From the NCBI GenBank assembly GCA_050248855.1, contig JBFWRP010000003.1, forward strand, positions 1 to 64,000: a stretch of DNA of 64,000 bases, written 5' to 3'. The notes beneath the pieces are model-generated. The model searched no databases and was not told the origin of the DNA. It worked only from the letters and a program-made list of their open reading frames with translations. A program made the translations under genes and the position numbers. The DNA is from Planctomycetota bacterium (GTDB lineage: Bacteria; Planctomycetota; PLA2; JAEUHO01). Below, piece by piece: positions 38,301 to 47,498 of the stretch (the first letter of the stretch is position 1; every line of letters begins with the position of its first letter).

Positions 38301-39326
38301 CTAGGCCGTGCCCCGGACGCGCGGCACGCGGTCGTCGTCGAGGTCGCGGTCGTCCTCGTCGTCGTCGTCCTCGTCGTCCTCGTCGTCGTCGAGCACCCCG
38401 GGGCGGTCGAGGCGCTTGCCCATCGTGATCTCGGTGCCGGCCGGGTTCCACTGGACCTCGTCCATCACGTGCTGGATCAGCTTCAAGCCCCGCCCGTGCA
38501 GGGCCGTGGCGGCAGCCATGGGCTCGTGGGAGCGGCAGTGCGCATCGAACCCGCTGCCCTCGTCCCGCACCACGTAGGCCACGTCGTCGGCCGAGTAGAG
38601 GACGCGCACATGAGCCATGCGGGCGGCCAGACGTTCGTCGCCGAGGCGCTCGTCCACGAGCGCGCGCACGCCACCGGACGTCTCCATCGCGGCGCTCTTC
38701 TCCTCGTACGTGATCCCGAGGTTGCCGTGCTCCAGCGCGTTGGCCAACGCTTCGTGGAGCGCGAGCTGGACCTCGGTGTCAGGGAGCCTGCGCCCGGCGT
38801 GGCGGAGCGCGAGATCCCGCAGCAGGAAGCGCACGAGCGTGGCGTTGACGCCCGGCCGTGGATGGAAGGCAAGCGCGACTTCGTCCTCGTCGAGCCGCAG
38901 CAGGTACCGGCCGATCTCGGGCACTTCGAGGATCGCCGCGAGGAAGCGGGCCAGCACGCCGCCGGGCCGCGCCGGGTCCTCGTCGCCTCCGAGGCAGCCG
39001 GTGGCGCCGCACGGCTCCGGCGCCTTCCGGCCGGGCGGGGCGACGGCGATCCACGGAACCAGCGACGTGGGGCGGCGCCAGCGGGCGATCGCGTCCGGCG
39101 GCACGCTGCCGGCGTCCACGACGACCAAGGCCACGGCCTCGGCGGGGTCGGGAGCGTCCGTGGCGAGGCGCACGGCACCTCCGAGGGCCCGGACCGCGGC
39201 CGCCAGCGCCTGGCGGCGCGAGGCATCCCGACTCCAGACGAGCACGGGCGGGGCAGAGGGAGCCGGTGCGCCGATGATGCCTCTCCCGAGCCGGGACCTC
39301 GGTGCCGCCTGCAGGCAAGCCGCCAC
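38301..39326 (-). CDS. RsbW/SpoIIAB-like ATP-binding protein (HATPase_c_2) with acidic tail
   Basis: EALANALEHGNL, VRDEGSGFD, GRGLKLI...MDEV.WN..GTEI; start uncertain (GTG 39245 possible). Confidence 0.8.
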   Translation of the reverse strand: MAACLQAAPRSRLGRGIIGAPAPSAPPVLVWSRDASRRQALAAAVRALGGAVRLATDAPDPAEAVALVVVDAGSVPPDAIARWRRPTSLVPWIAVAPPGRKAPEPCGATGCLGGDEDPARPGGVLARFLAAILEVPEIGRYLLRLDEDEVALAFHPRPGVNATLVRFLLRDLALRHAGRRLPDTEVQLALHEALANALEHGNLGITYEEKSAAMETSGGVRALVDERLGDERLAARMAHVRVLYSADDVAYVVRDEGSGFDAHCRSHEPMAAATALHGRGLKLIQHVMDEVQWNPAGTEITMGKRLDRPGVLDDDEDDEDDDDEDDRDLDDDRVPRVRGTA

Positions 39327-39432
39327 GGCGTCTTTCGCGGAATTCTACGTCGGGGGGGCCGCGAGCCCGTGACGTCGTCGAGCGCCCCTCGGCGTTGCAG
39401 GGGGAGCCGTCCAGCACCAGAATCCGGGCTCC

Positions 39433-42189
39433 GTGGGTACCCCTCTCGACCGCGTCCGATGTCCTCGCTGCGGCAAGCGTTTCGCCGTCGATGCGGACCG
39501 TCTGCCCGACGACCCCGCCGGGCAGCATGCCAAGTGCCGCGCCTGCGGAGGTGCGTTCCTCGTCCGGCGCCAGGCGGACCGCCTCTTCGTCGAGGCCGTC
39601 GGTGAGGCCCCCGCACCGCGTGGAGCCCGCGGCAAGCGCCGCGCGGGCGCGCCACCGCGACCTGCCCCCGAGCCGTCCTCGGCGCCGTCGCCGTCACCGC
39701 CCGCGGCCCACGCTTCGTTCCCGCCGGGGGAGCGACTGGGCCGTTACGAGATCGAGGGGCCGCTGGGACGCGGCGGCATGGGCACCGTCGTCCGCGCCTT
39801 CGACCCGGGCGCCAACCGACACGTCGCCTTGAAGATCCTGGCTCGCGAGACGACGGACCTCGACGCGCTGCGCTTCCAACGCGAGATCGCCATCCAGGCC
39901 AACATCCGGCATCCGCACATCATGCCGATCTACGACTCGGGCTACGTCGGCAAGACGCGCTTCTACGCCATGGAGCTGTTGCACGATCCCGTGGATCTCG
40001 AGGTCCTGATCCACGACCTGCGCAGCGGCGCGCTCGAGCGGCGCCCGGGAAGCGAGGGGATCCGCACCCTCGAGGGCATCTTGCGCCACGTCGTCCTGCC
40101 GATCGCGGCGGCCGTGCAGCACGCCAACGTCAAGGAAGGCGTCCTGCACCGTGACATCAAGCCCACCAACGTCATGGTGGACCCCGACGGCTGGCGTCCC
40201 TACCTCATCGACTTCGGAGTGGCCTCGCTCCTGCGTCGGGACAACCCGCGGCTGCAGGGCATCGACGAGACCTTCCCCGTGCCGCTGCGAGGCGAGGGCG
40301 TGCACGTGACGGGCACGCTCGTCTACATGCCCCCCGAGCAGGCCCGCGGTGAGGCGCACCCGCGCGGCGACGTGTGGGGCCTCGGCGCGCTCGTGCACGC
40401 TCTCGTCACGGGCGAACCGCCCTACGAGCCTGTCGTCCGGTCGCGCGTGCCCGCCGACGTGCGCCGCCGCAACCTGACCTTGCTCGTCGAGGATGCCGTG
40501 GCGGCGGGCAAGGACGACGAGGCCGAGGGCTACCGCCAGATGTTGGCCGACCTCGAGGCCGGGCGCGAACGCACGCCGGACCAGCTGCGCCGCGAGGTGC
40601 AGCGCGGCCACGTGAGACCGCTGCCCCCGGGCGTGAGCCGCGGCCTGGCCGCCGTCCTGACGCGCGCCATGGCACCCGACCCCGAGCAGCGCTACGAAGA
40701 CGCGGCGGCGTTCGCCCAGGACCTGGAGGCCTGGCTGGACCGGCGTCCGGTCACGGCCGTCCTGGCCACCACGTCCACGGCCCGGGAGGTCGTCTACCGA
40801 GGAAGCCTCTTTGCGCGTCGCCATCGTCGACGTGTGCTCGCAGGCGCAGCGGCGGCCGTGGTGCTGGGCGCGGCGAGCCTGGCGTGGGCCCTCCGGTCGA
40901 AGGGTGATGACGGTGCCGCGCGGCGCGCGAGCTTGGCCGCGGAGGCACAGCGTGCGCTCCACGAAGGCGACCTCGACGCGGCGTCGGCCCGCGCCCTCGC
41001 GCTCGTCGGCGCGGGGGACGCCAAGGGCGGCCAGGCGGTCCTCGAGGCGGTGGCCGCACGCAGGCGGTTCGAGCAAGGGCTCGCCGAGGTCATTCGCTGG
41101 CGGGATCAGGCCGAGCGCGAGGAGGAGCCGGAGGCGCGCGAGCAGGCCTTGGCGGCAGCGGCGCGCCGGCTCGACGAGGTCGAGGGCCCCGACGGTCGGC
41201 ATGTACCTGACGTGCCCGGTGCAGTCGAGCGCGTGGCCGAGGTGCGCGCGACCTTGGACCCCCGGTTCGAGGTCTTGTTCGTGGACGTACCCGCGGGCGC
41301 TGCCGTCGACGTGATGGCGTGGGGCGCCGAGGATGGCGTCGTGGGCTGGAACGCCTCGCGCCGTGTCGTCCTCGAGGGGCCGCGAGCGCGTCTTTCCCGG
41401 GGCCGCTACGTTCTGCGCGTTGCGCGCGACGGGCGCAGCGTCCATCTCCCGTTCACCGTCCCCGATCGGCCCACGAGTCCGCCCGCCGTGCGGTGTCCCG
41501 TCGATCCCACGGGGCTCCCGGACGGCCAGGTCCACGTGGTGGGCGGGACGTTTTCCGGCGGGAGCTTCCGCGGGACGCAGGTGCCCGCGCTGCACTGGGA
41601 CCTGCGCGAGGTCACGCAGGCGGAGTACGGGGCGTGGCTGGCGACGCTGCCCCTCGAGGAGGCGTGGGCGCGCGTGCCGCGGCGCGCCGGCGACCTCGGT
41701 CGCGATGGCGGTTCGCTGTGGGCCCGAGGTGCGGACGAACGTCCGCAAGTTCCCAGCGGCGGCACGTCACGTCCGGTCGAGGGCATCTCCGTGCGCGATG
41801 CCGCCGCGTTCGCGGCAGCGACGGGCGCACGCCTTCCGACGGCCGCCGAGTGGGCGTGGGCGGCCGTGGGCGACGGCCCGGGCGTGACGCCTGTCGGATC
41901 GCTTGCCCAGGTCGCCACGGCGTCGGTGCACGTGGACAGCGCCGTCGCGGGCCCCGAGGACGTACTGGCCAGCCCCCTTGACCGCTCGGTCCACGGGCTC
42001 TTCGACATGGCCGGCAACGTGGCCGAGATGACGTCCACCTTCGAGCGGCGCGGCGGCGTCACGGGGTGGTGGGTGATGGGCGGAAGCTACCTCGAGGGCA
42101 TCGAGTCCTGCCTGCTGGCCGCGCCTCGCGTCGTCGCCGGTTGGCAGCCCCTGGAAGGCGTGGGCCTGCGGCGCGTGCGCGAGCAGTAA
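39433..42189 (+). CDS. Zinc-ribbon - Ser/Thr kinase - TM - FGE-sulfatase (SUMF1) domain protein
   Basis: CPRC...CRAC; GRGGMG, HRDIKPTN, DFG; RLPTAAEWAWAA, GLFDMAGNVAE. Confidence 0.88.
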   Translation: MGTPLDRVRCPRCGKRFAVDADRLPDDPAGQHAKCRACGGAFLVRRQADRLFVEAVGEAPAPRGARGKRRAGAPPRPAPEPSSAPSPSPPAAHASFPPGERLGRYEIEGPLGRGGMGTVVRAFDPGANRHVALKILARETTDLDALRFQREIAIQANIRHPHIMPIYDSGYVGKTRFYAMELLHDPVDLEVLIHDLRSGALERRPGSEGIRTLEGILRHVVLPIAAAVQHANVKEGVLHRDIKPTNVMVDPDGWRPYLIDFGVASLLRRDNPRLQGIDETFPVPLRGEGVHVTGTLVYMPPEQARGEAHPRGDVWGLGALVHALVTGEPPYEPVVRSRVPADVRRRNLTLLVEDAVAAGKDDEAEGYRQMLADLEAGRERTPDQLRREVQRGHVRPLPPGVSRGLAAVLTRAMAPDPEQRYEDAAAFAQDLEAWLDRRPVTAVLATTSTAREVVYRGSLFARRHRRRVLAGAAAAVVLGAASLAWALRSKGDDGAARRASLAAEAQRALHEGDLDAASARALALVGAGDAKGGQAVLEAVAARRRFEQGLAEVIRWRDQAEREEEPEAREQALAAAARRLDEVEGPDGRHVPDVPGAVERVAEVRATLDPRFEVLFVDVPAGAAVDVMAWGAEDGVVGWNASRRVVLEGPRARLSRGRYVLRVARDGRSVHLPFTVPDRPTSPPAVRCPVDPTGLPDGQVHVVGGTFSGGSFRGTQVPALHWDLREVTQAEYGAWLATLPLEEAWARVPRRAGDLGRDGGSLWARGADERPQVPSGGTSRPVEGISVRDAAAFAAATGARLPTAAEWAWAAVGDGPGVTPVGSLAQVATASVHVDSAVAGPEDVLASPLDRSVHGLFDMAGNVAEMTSTFERRGGVTGWWVMGGSYLEGIESCLLAAPRVVAGWQPLEGVGLRRVREQ

Positions 42190-42191
42190 GC

Positions 42192-42594
42192 CCGTACCGC
42201 GTCTCGATGCGCGCGGCACCCCCTCCCACGGAAGCGTGGCTGTCCTGTCCGTGCCCGGAGTTCAGGCACCTTCCATTGCAGGCACCTTGCCCACGTTGCT
42301 GCCTCGGTCAACGGGGCGAGTCTCATATGTGCCTTGCGTTGCCCGTAGAGGGACGACGCTCTTGCTTCCGTTCCGCGCTCCCGCGCGGACTCGGCGCTCG
42401 GGCTACGCCCTCGCGGCAGGGGTGCTAGTCCCTACCACCCCTGCACCCCTCACGGTGCCGCTCCGCGGCAAGGGTCCAGACACATCCGGGGTAGCGACGT
42501 TCGCTGCCCGTCGAACCGCGCCCCCTGCGTGTCAGGCACCTTGCCCACGTCGCGGCTGTGCCGCTCCGCGGCAAGGGTCCAGACACATCCGGGG
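42192..42594. repeat. Modular intergenic repeat cluster (copy 1)
   Basis: Shares a ~108-bp direct module with 47347-47454, an inverted ~90-bp module with 47161-47248 and short modules with 55067-55156. Confidence 0.85.
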
Positions 42595-42618
42595 TCGCAG
42601 GACGTCCTTGCGCCTGGC

Positions 42619-42654
42619 AAAAAGCGAAGCGGCCGGCGTGACCGCCGGCCGCTT
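42619..42654 (-). terminator. Putative intrinsic terminator of the HEAT-repeat gene
   Basis: AAGCGGCCGGCG-TGAC-CGCCGGCCGCTT 12-bp stem followed by a T-run on the minus strand. Confidence 0.7.
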
Positions 42655-42675
42655 GCAGGTTCGCGAAACGTGTCG

Positions 42676-44724
42676 CTACAGGATCGAGACGATCTCGTTG
42701 CGGCTGTCGTTCATCGCGCGGTAGTTGATGTCCTTGGAGATGCGGTTGAGCGAGGGGATCAGCTCCATGTCGCCGATGACGCCGAGGGCGGCGGTCACGA
42801 TGGCGCGGGTCAGGTCCTTCTCGCGGTCGCTCTTCATGATCTCGACCATCGGCTCGATGGAACGGCCGTCACCGATCTTGGCGATCGCCAGGGCGATCTG
42901 GCCCTTGAGCGACTGCGTGTCGGCGTTCTTGAGCTCGTCGATCAGCATGTCCAGGGCGCCGCGGTCCTTGAGCAGGCCCAGGGCGGTGGCACAGCGGATC
43001 TTGAGCTCTTCCTCGTTGGTCTTCTTCAGGGTCTCGCGAAGCAGCGTGGCTGCCGCCACGTTGGTGCCGGGCGTGGCCATGCCGATCGCAACGGCGGCGT
43101 AGCCCTGCTTCTCCCAGTTCTCCTTGCGGTCCTCGACGACCTTCATGAGGAGCGGGATGCTGCCCTCGTCCTTGGCGATACCGAGGCCGACGGCGAAAGC
43201 CGCCTGGTCGCGAGCGGTCATCTTGCCGCTGTTGACGCCCTCGCGGAGGGTGGTGATCGCCTTGTGGCGGAACTCACCGAACACCTCGACGGTCGGCATG
43301 TCGCCGATCTCGCGAGACACCAAGGCCAGGGCCAAGGCGCCGTAGGGCTTCTCCAGCGGACGGCCGCTGGTGGCCGACGACAGCAGGTACTCGCCGACCT
43401 TCGCCGAGGTGAACGCGTCGGTCTTGCCGGCCTTCACGTCTTCCATGGCGATGTAAGCGAGGCTGATCAACGCGAAGTTGGCCGCCTGCTGGTTCTTGCT
43501 CTTCTTGAGGTAGCCGATGATGCCCTTGGCCAGGTCGGTGCGCTGCTCGCTCGAGATGAGCGGGGCGAGCTTGCCGAGCGCGATGGCGATCGAGCTCTCC
43601 GTGAAGCGGTCCGTGCGGCGGCTGCCGATGGCACGCAGGAGGATATCGACATCCTTGTCGGTGCCGACGCGACCGAGCGCGGCCGCAGCCTCCGAGGGAA
43701 CGATGCCCTTGGCGTCGCCGCGGCCGAGCTTGCCCTTGGTGACGCAGTCACGCAGGACGTTGCGCTGCGGGTCGGTCACCGTGGCAGGGTCCTGCAGGCC
43801 GATGGCCGTGAGGATCGCCGTGGTCACCTCGTCGTTGTAGTCGCGCTCGAGCAGCGAGAACAGGCGCGCCGTGTGCTCGGCGGCCTTGCTGCTGGAGCCG
43901 GAGCCCGAGGGCTGGTCGCCCAGCAGACCCAGGGCGAACGCGGCGAAACAGCGCTCGCGAATCTTGTACTCATCGTCCTCGAGCACCTCGAACAGCGTGC
44001 TGCGCACGCGGTCCAGGTCGCTGCCGGCGAACTGCTCTTCGGGCTTGGCACGACGCAGCAGGCCGAGGGAGAGGGCGGCCGACTCGATGATGATCTGGTC
44101 ACCCTTCTTGTCGAGGCCTTCGCGGAGAAGGTCGATGTGCGTCGGATCCTTCGTCATCTTGGCCAAGCCGATGTAGGCGGCCGACTCGACGTCGTTGTAG
44201 CGGGCGTTCTTCGGATCGCGTGCCCACATCATCGCGGGGATGAGGTGCGACGCGATCTTGGTACGCACGTCGTGCGTCTCGGAGCCCTGGTTGGAGCCGC
44301 TCGAGCCCATGACGGCAAGCGGGTTGTCCGAGCTGATCTTCGAGTACAGGGCGTCCTTCAGGTTCTCGAGCTCGGCGTTGTTGTAGGCGTACCAGAACAC
44401 CCACTGGTCGTAGGACAGGCCGGCGGCCTTGCCGCGCTGCGTGCCGCCCAGGTCACCCGGACCGGTCGTCGGCGGGGGCGGAGCGGTGGGCGGCGGCGTC
44501 GTGGGACCCGTCGGAGCGGGCTTGCCCGGGTCGCTCGGCGACGGAGTCGTCGGCGGGCCGGACGGCGGCGGGGGCGGCGGAGGCGTGGGGTCTTCCGGGG
44601 CGCGCTGGCCCGGGTCGACCGCGCCGCCCGGGGCCTTGAACTGGCCGCCGTGGGCGAGGGCGTCGGGGGCCAGGGCCAGTGCGGCCGCAGCGACCAGGAC
44701 GCCGAAGAGGGCGAGGCGCTTCAT
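42676..44724 (-). CDS. Exported HEAT-repeat protein with Pro-rich N-terminal linker
   Basis: Signal MKRLALFGVLV...ALAHGG; poly-Pro; repeated AA(L/F)ALG(L/I) HEAT motifs. Confidence 0.85.
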   Translation of the reverse strand: MKRLALFGVLVAAAALALAPDALAHGGQFKAPGGAVDPGQRAPEDPTPPPPPPPSGPPTTPSPSDPGKPAPTGPTTPPPTAPPPPTTGPGDLGGTQRGKAAGLSYDQWVFWYAYNNAELENLKDALYSKISSDNPLAVMGSSGSNQGSETHDVRTKIASHLIPAMMWARDPKNARYNDVESAAYIGLAKMTKDPTHIDLLREGLDKKGDQIIIESAALSLGLLRRAKPEEQFAGSDLDRVRSTLFEVLEDDEYKIRERCFAAFALGLLGDQPSGSGSSSKAAEHTARLFSLLERDYNDEVTTAILTAIGLQDPATVTDPQRNVLRDCVTKGKLGRGDAKGIVPSEAAAALGRVGTDKDVDILLRAIGSRRTDRFTESSIAIALGKLAPLISSEQRTDLAKGIIGYLKKSKNQQAANFALISLAYIAMEDVKAGKTDAFTSAKVGEYLLSSATSGRPLEKPYGALALALVSREIGDMPTVEVFGEFRHKAITTLREGVNSGKMTARDQAAFAVGLGIAKDEGSIPLLMKVVEDRKENWEKQGYAAVAIGMATPGTNVAAATLLRETLKKTNEEELKIRCATALGLLKDRGALDMLIDELKNADTQSLKGQIALAIAKIGDGRSIEPMVEIMKSDREKDLTRAIVTAALGVIGDMELIPSLNRISKDINYRAMNDSRNEIVSIL

Positions 44725-44931
44725 CGTGTGTCTCTCCAAACCAGGGAAAAGGCAGCTCGTGGACGTCAGGGGGCGGGGTGCCTCGGTCGTGACGACGCCG
44801 GGGGCGCGAGAGGCCCCGCGGACGGTGCCGCACGAACGGCGCACCACGCTACCCGCCCGATCATGCACAGGGGGTGCCCGGACCGGGCGCGACCGGCGTG
44901 GGACCGTGTCGCCAAGGAGTCATCGATGCAC

Positions 44932-44963
44932 AACATACTGCAATGAAAGGACTTGCGTGTCAA
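44932..44963 (-). promoter_or_regulatory. Possible sigma70 promoter for the HEAT-repeat gene
   Basis: TTGACA on the minus strand at 44958-44963; -10 ambiguous (CAGTAT at 17 nt, TATGTT at 20 nt). Confidence 0.35.
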
Positions 44964-45147
44964 GTTGGGGGCTCCCGGAGCCCCCTGCGCCGCGACCGAG
45001 CGGGGGGGTACGCGTAACCCTCGGGTAGCGCCGTCGGGGCGAGGGAACGTTCCCCGTGTTTGCAAGCGCGCCGGACGCCACGCCGACCGATTCCTTCCGG
45101 GTCGCTGGCGGGCCTCTAGAAATGGGCCGCCCAGGAGGGTCCTGTCC

Positions 45148-47139
45148 ATGTACGCCGCGCTGCAGACGCCGGACGGTTGGATCGAGCATGCCGAGCCCGT
45201 GGGCGGCGACGGGTCTTCCCGCTTCCGCATCCAGGTGGCGGTGCCCGTCCCCGACGCACTCGTCGGCTGGTTCGACGGGCGACTCGACGAGGTCGTCTTC
45301 GCTGCGCGCAGTCGCTTGGCGCGACTCGGCATCAGCGTCCAGCCGACGTGCAAGGCGAAGCTCGCCGGCGACCAAGCCACGTTCGAAGCCCTCGTCCAGC
45401 CCACCGTCAAGGCGTACGACGTCGCGCGCTTCCTCCCCGAGCTGCTGGTGCCGGGCCTGCGCGTCGGGCGCTTCGTGGTGTGCCCGCGCGAGCGCCGGCT
45501 GACGAGCGAGCAAGTCGACGAGCTCGTGCAAGCGCACCAGATCCAGCTGCCGCGCAGCTACTCGATCGACGGCGACGGCCGGTTCCGCATCCGGCCGCAG
45601 GGCTGGGTCTACGAGATGGCCTCCCCCCTGACGCTGGAGACCCTGCGCACGATCCTCATGCGCGAAGGCGGCAAGGACGTCCTCAACCGGCTGCAGGTCC
45701 GACGGCCTGTTCGCCGCATCGCCCTGGAAGCGGGCGACGGCGTGATCACCTCGTGCAGCATGTTCCTGCATCGCCACTACGTGGTGCTCGAGAGCCAGCC
45801 GACCGATCTCGGCCAGCACCTCGAAGCCGTCGTGCTGGACCCCATCAGCACGCGCGGCATGGACGTCTACCTCGAGTTCCACAACCGAGGCGAGCGTCGC
45901 ATCGTCAATCCGACGGTGGCGGCCTCCGTCTACGAGGCGGTCGAAACGCGAGCCGCTCCGCGCCTCTGGCACATGGGCCTCGAGCTGCCTCCGGCGACGG
46001 CCAAGGGGACTTCCGGGGAGGAGCGCTCCTACGAAGCGCTGGCCCGCGTGTTCAACCGTCTGGAAGAGCACGCCCTGGAGGAGCGCTACTCGCACCGCCT
46101 CGTCGCGCTCGTGGAAGACATGCAGGCCGTCGTGGACGGAGCCGAGCCGCGTTGGACGTGGTGCCATCCCGAGGGGGGGCCAGCGCCTCGGTCGGGCACC
46201 GACATCTCCTCGCGCGTGTCCGAGGGCGTGGTCGAGGCGCCGTGGCGCGTGCCGTTCGGTACCGCCATGCTCAAGGACCTGCCCACGGGGCTGGGGGGCA
46301 CCCTTCTGCTCGGCTACTTCCCGAACCTCATCGAGCATGCGCACATCTGCGCCGCGGCGCTCGATCGCAAGATCAAGCGCATCATCTTCCGCCGCGCGTC
46401 CTTCGAGCACGGGCCGTTCTTCTCGGCGCGCGACCACGGGCGCCTGGCCGACTACGAAGGCCTCGGCGTGGAGGTGTTCTGGTGCAATGACGTGCGCCGC
46501 CACGTCGTCCAGCACGTCTTCCGTGGGCTTCGCGGCTACTTCACCGAGGCCGACAAGGTCGAGCGCTTCCGGAGCGCACTCATCTTCGCCGCCTACGGCT
46601 CGTCACGCCTGCTGCCGCCCGATCAAGTCGAGCGCATGAAGAACCTGATCGTGCGGTTGGCCGAGTTCTTCGGTCCCGATATCGCGTTCATGACGGGCGG
46701 CGGGCCCGGCGCCATGCAGCAGGTGACCGACATCGCGCAGGAGCGCGGGATCATCGTGGGCGCGAGCTACATCGAGATCGAGGACCAGGGCACCAACAGG
46801 ACCTCGGACTTCTACCAGACCTTCCAGGGACGCAGCCGGCAGTCGAGGCAGCGCTGGTTCGAGATCGCCTCGTTCCACCTGTTCTTCATGGGCGGCGTGG
46901 GCACCCTGGAAGAGGTGGGCCTCACCTTGACCGACATGAAGCTGGGCGTCATCGAGCGCTCGCCCGTCGTGTTCTTCGGTCGCCACGAAGGCAAGCCCTA
47001 CTGGCGCCACCAGATCAAGCAGTTCCGCCAGATGGTGGAGGCCGGGCGCGCACCCTCGTGGCTCGACACGCACGTGCTGCTCACCGACGAGCCCGAGCAC
47101 GTCCTGCCCTTCTACAAGCAGCTGCTCGAGCTCGGGTAG
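45148..47139 (+). CDS. LOG family protein with long N-terminal extension containing a dCTP-deaminase-like segment
   Basis: ATG after AGGAGG; YGSS, TGGGPGAM, GGVGTLEE; upstream H..A..LDP...VYLEFHNRG. Confidence 0.8.
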   Translation: MYAALQTPDGWIEHAEPVGGDGSSRFRIQVAVPVPDALVGWFDGRLDEVVFAARSRLARLGISVQPTCKAKLAGDQATFEALVQPTVKAYDVARFLPELLVPGLRVGRFVVCPRERRLTSEQVDELVQAHQIQLPRSYSIDGDGRFRIRPQGWVYEMASPLTLETLRTILMREGGKDVLNRLQVRRPVRRIALEAGDGVITSCSMFLHRHYVVLESQPTDLGQHLEAVVLDPISTRGMDVYLEFHNRGERRIVNPTVAASVYEAVETRAAPRLWHMGLELPPATAKGTSGEERSYEALARVFNRLEEHALEERYSHRLVALVEDMQAVVDGAEPRWTWCHPEGGPAPRSGTDISSRVSEGVVEAPWRVPFGTAMLKDLPTGLGGTLLLGYFPNLIEHAHICAAALDRKIKRIIFRRASFEHGPFFSARDHGRLADYEGLGVEVFWCNDVRRHVVQHVFRGLRGYFTEADKVERFRSALIFAAYGSSRLLPPDQVERMKNLIVRLAEFFGPDIAFMTGGGPGAMQQVTDIAQERGIIVGASYIEIEDQGTNRTSDFYQTFQGRSRQSRQRWFEIASFHLFFMGGVGTLEEVGLTLTDMKLGVIERSPVVFFGRHEGKPYWRHQIKQFRQMVEAGRAPSWLDTHVLLTDEPEHVLPFYKQLLELG

Positions 47140-47148
47140 CCGCGCGGA

Positions 47149-47495
47149 GGTGTCTGAACCCCGTGAGGGGTGCAGGGGGGGGGACGGAACAGCCCCCTGC
47201 TGCGCAGGCGGAGCCGGAGCACCGAGTCCGCGCGGGAGCGCGGAACGAAAGCCCGTACGGAGGCGGGGAATTCTTCCGCAACTTGCCGATGGGCACTTCC
47301 GCATGCCGAAGCGCAGGGCGGCAAGTTGCGGAAGAAATCCCCGCCTCCGTACCGCGTCGCGATGCGCGCGGCACCCCCTTCCATGGAAGCGTGGCTGTCC
47401 TGTCCGAGCCCGGAGTTCAGGCACCTTCCATTGCAGGCACCTTGCCCACGTTGCCGCTGTGCGGCGCCGCGGCAAGGGGCCAGACACATCCGGGG
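47149..47495. repeat. Modular intergenic repeat cluster (copy 2) with a 34-bp inverted repeat
   Basis: Arms 47255-47288 and 47319-47352 (one mismatch); modules shared with 42192-42594 and 55067-55156. Confidence 0.85.
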
Positions 47496-47498
47496 CCG

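Noticed and set aside
38080..38304. 74-aa ORF in the intergenic region
   Set aside because: No RBS or recognisable motif; better explained as a structured non-coding region
42192..47495. Composite transposon carrying the HEAT and LOG genes
   Set aside because: No transposase or target-site duplication, and the same modules recur at 55067
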